From: an uncultured Sediminibacterium sp.
GTDB lineage: Bacteria; Bacteroidota; Bacteroidia; Chitinophagales; Chitinophagaceae
Length of the DNA stretch: 46,347 nt
Direction: 5' to 3'
Assembly: GCA_937907555.1 (NCBI GenBank)
Contig: CALEST010000302.1
Location: 1-46,347, forward strand
Positions 30,530-39,295 of the stretch are shown here, piece by piece; positions within the stretch are counted from its first letter, which is position 1, and every line of letters begins with the position of its first letter. A model generated the notes under the pieces. The model was not told where the DNA came from. It worked only from the letters and a program-made list of their open reading frames with translations, and ran no database searches. Made by a program: the position numbers and the translations under genes.

Positions 30530-30562
30530 AAAAAAAGCGCCGGAGAATCCTTTCCCCGGCGC
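30530..30562 (-). terminator. Intrinsic terminator after the OmpA-family gene
   Basis: GCGCCGG-N12-CCGGCGC followed by T7 on the minus strand. Confidence 0.85.
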
Positions 30563-30586
30563 CCATATAGTAATTTGTTAAAATTC

Positions 30587-31477
30587 TTATTTCTTTCTTT
30601 CCAGCAGTTTAAAGAACTGATCTAATTGAGGTAAGATAACAATTCTGGTTCTTCTGTTGGTGGCTCTTCCTTCGGCAGTTGTATTGTCTGTTAAAGGCAC
30701 ATACTGACTTCTTCCTGCTGCAGTCATGCGCTTGGGGTTCATACCGTAAGATTCCTGAAGGATTCTTACTACAGTTGTTGCTCTTTTAACACTCAGGTCC
30801 CAGTTATCAATCATTCCACCACCTTTAATCAATGGAATAGAATCTGTATGACCCTCTACCATAAATTCTATTTCTGGTTGTGCATTTAATACTTTGGCTA
30901 CTTTACCAAGCACGTCTTTAGCACGGTCAGTTACATCATAACTACCACTTTTAAATAAAAGCTTATCAGAGATATCTACATAAACCACTCCCTTATCTAC
31001 TTTAATATTAATGTCCTTGTCGTCCATATTACCCAGTACCCCTTTCAGGTTCATCACCAGGGCCATATTTAAAGAGTCTTTTCTGGCAATGGAACCCTGT
31101 AAATCCTGAATATATAAGTCTTTGGCACCAATGTTTTCAAGTGATCTTCTGATGCTTTCAGCCTGAGCTCCGGTTACAACTGATAAATCTTTCAGTTGAT
31201 TTAAAACCATGCTATTGGTTTGTTTTACATAATCCAATTGAGTATTGGTTGTACCCAGTTGTGCTTCAACAGATTGCTTCTGAGTTTGCAGATTACTGAT
31301 CTGATTTTTGGCTTTGTTAAATTCCTCTTCCAGATTTCTGTATTTTCCCTGCAATTCTGCATATGCTCCATTTAATTCGCCATACCTGGCTTCGGCTTGT
31401 CTCAATTGTTTCGGGCTAACGCAGGCAAATAAGCTAACAGAGGCAAGAGCTGCTAAAGTGTAGAATTTCATTTTCAT
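30587..31477 (-). CDS. OmpA/MotB-family lipoprotein with N-terminal coiled coil
   Basis: Lipobox LFA|C; heptad-repeat region; LLFKSGS, VEGHTD, NWDLS.KRA, NRR. Confidence 0.9.
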   Translation of the reverse strand: MKMKFYTLAALASVSLFACVSPKQLRQAEARYGELNGAYAELQGKYRNLEEEFNKAKNQISNLQTQKQSVEAQLGTTNTQLDYVKQTNSMVLNQLKDLSVVTGAQAESIRRSLENIGAKDLYIQDLQGSIARKDSLNMALVMNLKGVLGNMDDKDINIKVDKGVVYVDISDKLLFKSGSYDVTDRAKDVLGKVAKVLNAQPEIEFMVEGHTDSIPLIKGGGMIDNWDLSVKRATTVVRILQESYGMNPKRMTAAGRSQYVPLTDNTTAEGRATNRRTRIVILPQLDQFFKLLERKK

Positions 31478-31567
31478 TGGTCTTACATATTATTGGTCAA
31501 TTGTTGGTACAAACGGAATCTCATACCAATTATTGTGCCGTTACTAAATAAGTTAAACGGGTGCAAG

Positions 31568-33214
31568 TTACACAAAAACCACTTTGACCGATTCGTTATA
31601 CCAATTGTTGTAGAAGTCTTTGAATGTTTCATCCAACACTTTGCGCTTGATTTTTAAAGTTGGTGTTAAAATTCCATTCTGAATCGTCCACTCTTCGGCC
31701 ATAATAATCAATTTAGCCAACTGTTCATGGTGTTCCAGTTCTTTATTAATGCGCTCCAATAGCTGGTGCAGATGATCTTGTAAATTTGTTTGTGCCAGAC
31801 TTTTGGCCTGCTCGGAAAGGGTGCACAAAAGCAAAGGAGCAGGCATTCCCCATCCCACCACACAGGCCTGAGCAATCATGGCATCGGTTAGTACTTTGGA
31901 TTCAATGGGTGCTGGTGCCACATATTTACCCTTACTTGTTTTAAACTGGTCCTTGATTCTTCCTGTAATAGAAAGGTATCCCTCGTCATCTATACTTCCT
32001 TCATCGCCTGTTTTTAAAAACCCATCTTCAAACATTTCTTCAGATAAAACAGGCTCTTTGTAATATCCCAGCATATTGGCTTCGCTTTTTACCAAGACCT
32101 CTTTTTGTTCACTTAATTTAACCTCCACACCCGGATAGGACTGTCCTACTGTTCCGAATTTGCAGGCGCCTTTCCTGTTGGAATGAGACAAGGCAGAATT
32201 CTCTGTCATCCCATAAGCTTCCTGAATTTCCATTCCCAAAGCCTTATACCAGCTGAGGACGGCAGGATTGATGGGAGATGCACCTGTGAACAAATGTTTG
32301 GCTCTTCCAAGGCCTAATTTTTTGCGGATCAGATTCTTAATCAATACCGAAACCAATGGTACTTTAAGTAATCTGCTCAGTTTTTGCTGAGGCATTTTGC
32401 GTAAGATCTCTTCCTGAATTTTTTCCCAGATTCTGGGTACTGCCAAAAAAATCGTGGGTTGGGAATATTGCAGATTTTTAGAAAAACTATCCATGGATTC
32501 TACAAAATGGATGCAGCTTCCTGTAAATATTGCTCCACATTCTACCAGCATTCTTTCCGCCACATGGCAAAGGGGCAGGTAAGAAAAAAACACTTCATTG
32601 GCCAATGGGGGTGTGCTTTCCAGAAATGAATAAACTGCAAAAGACATGGTATGATTGCTATGCATTACTCCTTTGGGAGCACCTGTAGTTCCTGAAGTAT
32701 AAATAATACAGGAAAGAACTTTAGTGTCTTTTTTTACAGGCTCACCCAAAGGCTGGGTTGCTGCCACCAGATCGTTCCAGTTTAAACAACCTACATTAAA
32801 ATAGAAAGGAAAACTGATTTGTGTTAATGTATCCGGAATGCCCATTCTGATGATTTCCGGATTGTCTAGCTTTCCTACAAAGATGGCTTTGGATTCACTA
32901 TGCAAAAGAATTTCATTGACTGCATTGCTGGTGATATTCGGATACAGCGGAACGGAAACCATGCCTGCCATATTGATTGCCAGATCGGCCATAATCCAAT
33001 GTGCACAGTTCTTGCTGAGAACAGCCACCTTATCACCTGGGTTCAATCCTGATTGCAATAGCCAGGCCGCCATTGATCTTATTTCTTTTCCCGCACTGGC
33101 CCATGAAAAATTCTGATAGACGCTTTTTACAGGTTCGGATAAAAAGAGTTTATTGGGCTGTACTTTTTCGTAATGGCAAAAACGGTCAATAATGGTAGGA
33201 AAAGGTTGACTCAT
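31568..33214 (-). CDS. Long-chain acyl-CoA synthetase (AMP-binding)
   Basis: YTSGTTGAPKG, YLPLCHVAE, YGMTE, TGDEG, TPTLKIKR. Confidence 0.92.
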   Translation of the reverse strand: MSQPFPTIIDRFCHYEKVQPNKLFLSEPVKSVYQNFSWASAGKEIRSMAAWLLQSGLNPGDKVAVLSKNCAHWIMADLAINMAGMVSVPLYPNITSNAVNEILLHSESKAIFVGKLDNPEIIRMGIPDTLTQISFPFYFNVGCLNWNDLVAATQPLGEPVKKDTKVLSCIIYTSGTTGAPKGVMHSNHTMSFAVYSFLESTPPLANEVFFSYLPLCHVAERMLVECGAIFTGSCIHFVESMDSFSKNLQYSQPTIFLAVPRIWEKIQEEILRKMPQQKLSRLLKVPLVSVLIKNLIRKKLGLGRAKHLFTGASPINPAVLSWYKALGMEIQEAYGMTENSALSHSNRKGACKFGTVGQSYPGVEVKLSEQKEVLVKSEANMLGYYKEPVLSEEMFEDGFLKTGDEGSIDDEGYLSITGRIKDQFKTSKGKYVAPAPIESKVLTDAMIAQACVVGWGMPAPLLLCTLSEQAKSLAQTNLQDHLHQLLERINKELEHHEQLAKLIIMAEEWTIQNGILTPTLKIKRKVLDETFKDFYNNWYNESVKVVFV

Positions 33215-33228
33215 ATGGTTTAGGGGGA

Positions 33229-33786
33229 TTAGTGATCTAAATGTTTCAGGCCGTATTCTGGTATCTTACCTTCCTTGTCGGCAAAAAAATGTATGATTTT
33301 TTTAAAGTCTTCTTCCATATTACCGGTTGGCAGGAAGGGTTCGCTGAAACTGATTTCTTTTCTACCGAAATCCAAACCGGCTAATACAATGGGTACACCT
33401 GCTTTTAGTGCAATATGATAAAAACCAGTTCTTAATTTATCTACTTTTTTTCTGGTACCCTCAGGGGATAATGCCAGAACAAACTGATCGCGGATCCTGA
33501 ATTGTTCTGCAACCTGATCAACTACATTGTTATTGCTGAATCTATCAACGGGAAATCCCCCCATTTTTCTGAAGAAAAAGCCAAATCTTCCTTTGAATAA
33601 TTCCGCCTTGCCCAGAAAATTAAGATGGTATAATTTGAGCTTACTTCTGACTGCTAGTCCAACTACAAAATCCCAGGCACTGGTATGAGGCCCTACGGCT
33701 ATCACACATTTTTTCAGGTGATAGGGAAATTCACTACGAATTTTCCATCCCTGCATTTGCAGAAATAGGTTCCAGCATATACGCAT
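33229..33786 (-). CDS. PlsC-family acyltransferase
   Basis: PHTSAWD (HxxxxD), PVDR, PEGTR, TGFY. Confidence 0.9.
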   Translation of the reverse strand: MRICWNLFLQMQGWKIRSEFPYHLKKCVIAVGPHTSAWDFVVGLAVRSKLKLYHLNFLGKAELFKGRFGFFFRKMGGFPVDRFSNNNVVDQVAEQFRIRDQFVLALSPEGTRKKVDKLRTGFYHIALKAGVPIVLAGLDFGRKEISFSEPFLPTGNMEEDFKKIIHFFADKEGKIPEYGLKHLDH

Positions 33787-33832
33787 AGCAATCGGTTGGG
33801 AAAATCAAGATAGAAAAAAAATAGAATTGTTC

Positions 33833-35674
33833 CTAAAATTTTAAGTGTCGGGCACTTGCATAAACCGAGTGGGTCATACTGTCCCAGCTGGCGAACCATT
33901 GCATGATGATGGTGGATCCATCCTTCTTCAACATTCTGTTCTCGAAGTCTTTTAATTCTATTCCGCGTTTTATCTGTGAAAAGGCTTCAAATGTTTTTCT
34001 TCTGTCGTCTTCCAGCACAAAATCTATAATATCTTTTCCCACTAACTCCCAGTCTTCGTATCCCCATAATTCTTCTACCTGTTTATTAATTCTTACAAAT
34101 TCTCCCTTAATATTTAATACACACAAAATATCAAGTGAGGCATCCAGAATTTTTTTCAGGTCTCTCAAAGATTTTTCCAGTTCCAGTTCTTCAGCAACAT
34201 TTTCGGTAATGTCGTTAATCAACGCATAAATTCCGGTAACTGCTCTGTTAACTGTTATAGGCATATAGGTAATGATCCAGGTTCTTTCTTTGTTCTTTAA
34301 GGTTTGCACCCGACACCTGAATTTTTGTGCCTGCCCTGATTTTACCAGGTTGAATTTTCTGAAAATATCATCCATTTCTTCAGGAATCATAAAAGGGAAA
34401 ATACTTTCACCCTTGAGTTGGGATTCAGGGCATTCCAGTAATACACTAAGTTGTCTGTTCATTGCGGTAATATTGCCTTCCAAATCAAGTGAACATACTG
34501 CATTTGGATTCTGCTCAAACAAGGATTTATACTCTTGTTCACTTTTAACAATGGCAATCTCAGCCTCTTTTCGAACGGTTAAATCAATTACCTGAGCCAG
34601 AATAAAGGCAAAACTTTCATCAGGGTTTGAGATAGCAGAAGCCGTTACAAATCCCCAAAGGACCTTACCATCTTTATGAATGAATTTTTTATCGTATTCT
34701 TTTCGTTTTGAAACGCCGGTACTTAGTTCCTGCAAGTGAACTTTGTCCAGCGCTCCATACGCATCATCTGTTACATCAAAAATGCGCATATTGCTCAATT
34801 CCTGTTTTGAATATCCAACAAAATTGATATAAGCATTGTTAACATCTATGTATTCCCCTTTATTATTTATGATGGCCATGCCCACACCTGCATTGTCAAA
34901 TGCGGTTTTAAAAAGCGCTTCGGCTTTATTCAGGTTTTGTTTGTTAATCACTTCTTCAGTAATATCCTGAATGGTCCCGTAAGCCCTTACCATTTTTCCT
35001 TCAAAGGCAACCGTATACCCCTTGGTGCGTACAATTTTCTTTATACCTTTTGGTGTTGTTAAATTCAATCGTAAGTCGAAGGGTTGACCGGTATGAATAC
35101 TTTGGCGAAAAGCATTTTCCAGTATTTCTGGTTGATCAAATAATTGAAAAGTAGATTGAATCTGGCGATGATGTTCCGGACCAATATCCAGTAAATGCAA
35201 GGCACCAGGCGTCCAACTCATTTCATTATTAATGTAGTCAGCCTCCCAACCGCCACTTTTGGTTAACAGGCTGGTTTCCTCCAGTAATTTTTCTGTTTTC
35301 TTAATATAGGAAAGGTCAATAATTCGCTTGGCTAAAAATTCTTCATTGCTATTAGGGTTTCTATGAATTACTGAAATCAATGCAATGGGGAAACGTGTTC
35401 CATTTTTTTTAATTCCCACGGCACTCTCTCCCATTTCCGGATTGCTTTGGTGGTTATGTAAGCCGGAGATTAATGCAGTATCAGAATGATTAATCAGTGT
35501 TTTTATATTGCACTTCCCGAATTCAGCTTCTTCGTATCCAAACATCTTTGCAGCTCCACCATTGAATTGCAGCATATTTCCATCAGTGGTGCATAGAATA
35601 AATGCGTTGGAGGATAGGGCAATGATATTGTCGAAAACGCCATTGTAAGAGGTGTTTGTGTTGTAGTTACTCAT
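33833..35674 (-). CDS. Multi-PAS protein (about five PAS/PAC repeats) with no output domain
   Basis: Repeats end in IDLS, QDIT, IDLT and NDIT; the last ends ASARHLKF-stop. No HisKA, GGDEF or TM segment. Confidence 0.82.
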   Translation of the reverse strand: MSNYNTNTSYNGVFDNIIALSSNAFILCTTDGNMLQFNGGAAKMFGYEEAEFGKCNIKTLINHSDTALISGLHNHQSNPEMGESAVGIKKNGTRFPIALISVIHRNPNSNEEFLAKRIIDLSYIKKTEKLLEETSLLTKSGGWEADYINNEMSWTPGALHLLDIGPEHHRQIQSTFQLFDQPEILENAFRQSIHTGQPFDLRLNLTTPKGIKKIVRTKGYTVAFEGKMVRAYGTIQDITEEVINKQNLNKAEALFKTAFDNAGVGMAIINNKGEYIDVNNAYINFVGYSKQELSNMRIFDVTDDAYGALDKVHLQELSTGVSKRKEYDKKFIHKDGKVLWGFVTASAISNPDESFAFILAQVIDLTVRKEAEIAIVKSEQEYKSLFEQNPNAVCSLDLEGNITAMNRQLSVLLECPESQLKGESIFPFMIPEEMDDIFRKFNLVKSGQAQKFRCRVQTLKNKERTWIITYMPITVNRAVTGIYALINDITENVAEELELEKSLRDLKKILDASLDILCVLNIKGEFVRINKQVEELWGYEDWELVGKDIIDFVLEDDRRKTFEAFSQIKRGIELKDFENRMLKKDGSTIIMQWFASWDSMTHSVYASARHLKF

Positions 35675-35818
35675 AACAAAGCTTTTCTTAAAGGGGGAAT
35701 AATATAAATTTCGGCTTTTATCCTTGTATAATTATATGGCTTAAGATGATTTTAATCAGGAAAATTTGGCTCTGATAGTTCTGCCTAAATACTGTTTATT
35801 TGCAGAAACATATTTTGA

Positions 35819-36394
35819 ATGGGAGCCGATACTCGCAAAATCATCATTATTGCCGCACCTTCCGGATCGGGTAAAACTTCTATAACACGCTATCTGTTAC
35901 AGCAGCACCCCCTCCTTTCCTTGTCTATATCGGCTGCTACCAGAAAACCCAGAGGGGAGGAAAAAGACGGGGTTCATTATCATTTTATTTCGGAAGCGGA
36001 GTTTAAACAGAGAATTGAAGAAAATGCATTTGTAGAATGGGAAATGGTATATAAAGGAAGTTATTACGGCACATTAAAGGCTGAATTGGAAAGAATCTGG
36101 AATCTTGGTAAAATTCCCATCCTTGATATTGATGTAAAAGGAGCCATTCATTTACAAGATCAGTTTCCCAATCGTTGCCTGTCTATTTTTATAGAACCCC
36201 CTTCAGTAGAAGAATTAAAGAAAAGACTGGAAAGCCGGGGTACGGAAACACCGGAGAGCCTGGCAAACCGGGTGAATAAAGCCAGTTATGAGCTTTCTTT
36301 CAAAAGTCATTTTCACAAAAATATTCTGAATGACAATCTGGAGAAAGCTTGCAAAGAAACAGAAGAAGTAATCAAAGAATTCCTCGGTTGGTAA
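35819..36394 (+). CDS. gmk: Guanylate kinase
   Basis: APSGSGKT, SAATRKPR..E.DGVHYHF, YYGT, DIDVKGA. Confidence 0.96.
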   Translation: MGADTRKIIIIAAPSGSGKTSITRYLLQQHPLLSLSISAATRKPRGEEKDGVHYHFISEAEFKQRIEENAFVEWEMVYKGSYYGTLKAELERIWNLGKIPILDIDVKGAIHLQDQFPNRCLSIFIEPPSVEELKKRLESRGTETPESLANRVNKASYELSFKSHFHKNILNDNLEKACKETEEVIKEFLGW

Positions 36395-36432
36395 ATTGCT
36401 TTGGCTTAAATTGAGTCTCTAAGCTTTTATCT

Positions 36433-37257
36433 ATGTCATCATTTGCCAACAGAACTGTATTTATTACCGGTGCCAGCAGAGGGATCGGAAAAGCCATTGC
36501 TTTAAGACTGGCCAAAGAAGGAGCCAATATTGTAATTGCAGCCAAAAGTGTAGAAGAGGACCCCCGACTGGGAGGAACCATTTATTCTGCTGCTGAGGAA
36601 GTGGAAGCCGCTGGTGGTAAAGCACTGGCTGTGCAGGTAGACATCAGAGACGAAGCACAGATTGCTGCAGCCGTACAGCAGGCAGTAGATAAGTTTGGGG
36701 GGATTGATGTTGTCATTAACAACGCATCCGCTATTTCTTTAACCAACACCGAAAAAACAGAGGCAAAGCGATTTGACCTGATGCAAAGCATTAATGTAAG
36801 AGGGACTTTTTTAGTTGTAAAACATTGTTTACCCTGGTTAAAAAAAGGGAACAATCCACATATCATTACCTTATCACCGCCAATTAGTTTAAAACCTAAG
36901 TGGATGGGTGGACATATTGCTTACACGCTTACCAAATACAATATGAGTATGCTGGCATTGGGATGGGCTGCAGAGTTTAAGAACGATGGCATTGCCTCCA
37001 ATGCACTATGGCCTAAAACAACCATTGATACAGCAGCGGTAAGAAACCTGCTGGGTGGTGAAGCTTTGGCCAAGATGAGTCGTACACCGGAAATCATTGC
37101 TGACAGTGTTTACTATATACTTTCTAAAACAGGACTGGCCTATACGGGAAATACCTTCATTGACGAAGAAGTTCTTGCCAAAGAAGGTATTTCTAATTTA
37201 GATCAGTATGCAGTTGTGCCCGGAGGCCAATTGTATCCAGATTTATTTGTTGATTAA
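36433..37257 (+). CDS. Short-chain dehydrogenase (HSDL2-like)
   Basis: TGASRGIG, NNAS, YTLTK (YxxxK), NALWP.T.I.TAA. Confidence 0.92.
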   Translation: MSSFANRTVFITGASRGIGKAIALRLAKEGANIVIAAKSVEEDPRLGGTIYSAAEEVEAAGGKALAVQVDIRDEAQIAAAVQQAVDKFGGIDVVINNASAISLTNTEKTEAKRFDLMQSINVRGTFLVVKHCLPWLKKGNNPHIITLSPPISLKPKWMGGHIAYTLTKYNMSMLALGWAAEFKNDGIASNALWPKTTIDTAAVRNLLGGEALAKMSRTPEIIADSVYYILSKTGLAYTGNTFIDEEVLAKEGISNLDQYAVVPGGQLYPDLFVD

Positions 37258-37356
37258 TCTTCGAATTTTTCTGGTCTCATTTACAAACGAATCTTTAAAT
37301 TGATTTTTGTGTTTGTGGATTCGACCTTCCTATTCTTCGAATCGTTCAGGTCTCAT
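37254..37356 (-). repeat. Imperfect 27-bp direct repeat of the lysS 3' end (copies at 37330-37356 and 37254-37280)
   Basis: ATGAGACCTGAACGATTCGAAGAATAG vs ATGAGACCAGAAAAATTCGAAGATTAA; 22/27 identical. Confidence 0.85.
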
Positions 37357-38856
37357 CTGAGGGAACAGCAACACATCCTGAATGGAAGCCTGGTTGGTCA
37401 TCATCATGCACAAACGGTCAATACCAATTCCAATTCCTGAAGTAGGCGGCATGCCGTATTCAAGGGCGCGTAAAAAGTCGTAGTCAATAAACATGGCTTC
37501 ATCGTCTCCTCTTTCCATCAGCTTAACCTGTTCTTCAAAACGTTCACGCTGGTCAATTGGGTCGTTTAATTCTGTATAGGCATTGGCCAGTTCTTTTCCA
37601 TTAACCATTAATTCAAATCGCTCAACCAAACCTGGTTTACTGCGATGCTTCTTGGTTAAAGGACTCATTTCTACCGGATAGTCAATAATGAATGTGGGCT
37701 GTACATAAGTATGTTCACTGGTTGCACCGAAAATTTCATCAATCAGTTTGCCTTTTCCGATTGTTGGGGGTACATCAATTTTCAATTGCTTGCAAACCTC
37801 TCTCAAGCCTGCTTCATCCATTCCGCTAACATCAATGCCCGTATTCTCCTTAATGGCATCGTGTATGCTGATTCTTTTGAATGGTGCTTTAAAGCTTACG
37901 ATTTTATCTCCCAATTGTACATCCGTAGTTCCGTGGATGGTTAGGGCAATCTTTTCGAATAACTGCTCGGTTACTTCCATCATCCAGATATAGTCCTTGT
38001 AAGCAGTGTACCACTCTAATACCGTGAACTCCGGATTATGGGTTCTGTCCATTCCTTCATTTCTGAAGTTGCGGCTGAATTCATATACCCAGTCAAAACC
38101 ACCTACAATCAGACGCTTCAAATACAATTCGTTGGCAATTCTTAGGTAAAAAGGAACGTCCAGGGCATTGTGGTGCGTAATAAAGGGACGGGCAGCAGCT
38201 CCTCCCGGAATAGCCTGCAAAACAGGGGTATCTACTTCTACTGCTCCCTGTGAATTCAAAAATTCACGGATGGTATTGATGATTTTGGTTCTTTTAACAA
38301 AAGTGTCTTTTACATCAGGGTTGATGATAAGGTCTGCATAACGCTGACGATATCTGAATTCCGGATCAGTTACCGCATCAAAGACATTTCCTTCTTCATC
38401 TCTCTTTACAACCGGTAGTGGCTTTAATGATTTGGTAAGCAGTGTAATGGTTTGGGCATGTATAGATGTTTCTCCGGTCTTGGTGATAAAAGCAAAACCG
38501 GTACATCCAATAATATCTCCTAAATCCAATCCGTGTTTTACAACTGTATCCCAGAATGACTTGTCTTCTTCCGGACAAATATCATCTCGTTTTACATACA
38601 ATTGAATGATGCCTTTACTATCCTGAATCTTGATAAAGAAAACTTTTCCTTTATCATTTATGCTCATAATTCTTCCTGCCACACAAAGATTGGTAAACTG
38701 ATCTTTGTTTTCTTCAGTGTAATTATTTTTGATATCAACAGAAAAACTGTTGACAGGATACAATGGTGCGGGAAACGGATCAATCCCTGCTGCCTGCAAT
38801 TTTGCAAGCTTCTCTCTTCTGATTAATTCTTGTTCTGAAAAATGTACTTCGCTCAT
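37330..38856 (-). CDS. lysS: Lysine--tRNA ligase (class II)
   Basis: RYRQRY.DL, GGAAARPF.THHN, FRNEG...HNPEF, YGMPPT.G.GIGIDRL. ATG 38856 preferred because the track TTG lies inside a terminator U-tract. Confidence 0.98.
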   Translation of the reverse strand: MSEVHFSEQELIRREKLAKLQAAGIDPFPAPLYPVNSFSVDIKNNYTEENKDQFTNLCVAGRIMSINDKGKVFFIKIQDSKGIIQLYVKRDDICPEEDKSFWDTVVKHGLDLGDIIGCTGFAFITKTGETSIHAQTITLLTKSLKPLPVVKRDEEGNVFDAVTDPEFRYRQRYADLIINPDVKDTFVKRTKIINTIREFLNSQGAVEVDTPVLQAIPGGAAARPFITHHNALDVPFYLRIANELYLKRLIVGGFDWVYEFSRNFRNEGMDRTHNPEFTVLEWYTAYKDYIWMMEVTEQLFEKIALTIHGTTDVQLGDKIVSFKAPFKRISIHDAIKENTGIDVSGMDEAGLREVCKQLKIDVPPTIGKGKLIDEIFGATSEHTYVQPTFIIDYPVEMSPLTKKHRSKPGLVERFELMVNGKELANAYTELNDPIDQRERFEEQVKLMERGDDEAMFIDYDFLRALEYGMPPTSGIGIGIDRLCMMMTNQASIQDVLLFPQMRPERFEE

Positions 38857-38879
38857 AAATTGGTTGTTCAAATTGGTAT

Positions 38880-38909
38880 AAAACAAAAGTCTCGCAGAAG
38901 CGAGACCTT
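38880..38909 (-). terminator. Intrinsic terminator in the lysS leader
   Basis: GTCTCGC-TTCT-GCGAGAC followed by TTTTGTTTT, ending about 23 nt before the lysS ATG. Confidence 0.75.
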
Positions 38910-38955
38910 GTATATGGATGGGTTAGTAAGTACAGGGAAACGCATTTCCCTACAC
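38880..38955 (-). ncRNA. Putative ~70-nt structured leader/small RNA upstream of lysS
   Basis: Two hairpins joined by a 20-nt linker, with a promoter upstream and a U-tract downstream. Confidence 0.5.
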
Positions 38956-38985
38956 AATATTAAAAAGACTTTTAACTTATACAAA
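38955..38985 (-). promoter_or_regulatory. Putative promoter TTTG-N19-TAATATTG driving the lysS leader
   Basis: Canonical -33/-7 spacing; one mismatch to TAnnTTTG. Confidence 0.55.
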
Positions 38986-39295
38986 AATTTTTTTGAACAA
39001 TTTTATTAACATTTTAAGCTCAAATGTGAATTGAGAAAGAATTTAAGTGTTTGATCATTTCATTTTTCCGAAGACAATTTTCATTTTAAAATCAATCTGT
39101 TTTTTTCTTGTTCGTCTGAAACATATATGAACACAGTGTTTCAGCCAAATGAAAATTAATTTGTAAAATGATATCTTCATTTTGTTTCCCCTTTTTGTAC
39201 TGGAATTTTGAATGATTTTTCAGCCAACCGATTTTAAAAAAAAAATTTCGGAAAAGCTTGTCTTACTACCTTTATCACCTCAAAAATTCACTCAA

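Noticed and set aside
30587-31477. MotB-like protein as evidence of flagella
   Set aside because: It is a lipoprotein with no MotB TM Asp helix and no motA neighbour; this is a common Bacteroidota OmpA-family protein.
35722-35750. dif-like half site (CTTGTATAAT-TATATG)
   Set aside because: The XerD arm (TTATGTTAAAT) is absent.
38977-39011. DnaA-box-like 9-mers (TTATACAAA, TTATTAACA) in the long AT-rich gap, raising the idea of oriC
   Set aside because: Only mismatched copies, expected by chance at this AT content. No dnaA or mnmG nearby, and dnaN is normally unlinked from the origin in this phylum. GC-skew analysis would be needed.
39236-39245. A10 tract as a phase-variation switch for lpxD
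   Set aside because: It lies upstream of the likely start (39296) and of the putative promoter spacer; A-tracts are common in this AT-rich gap.
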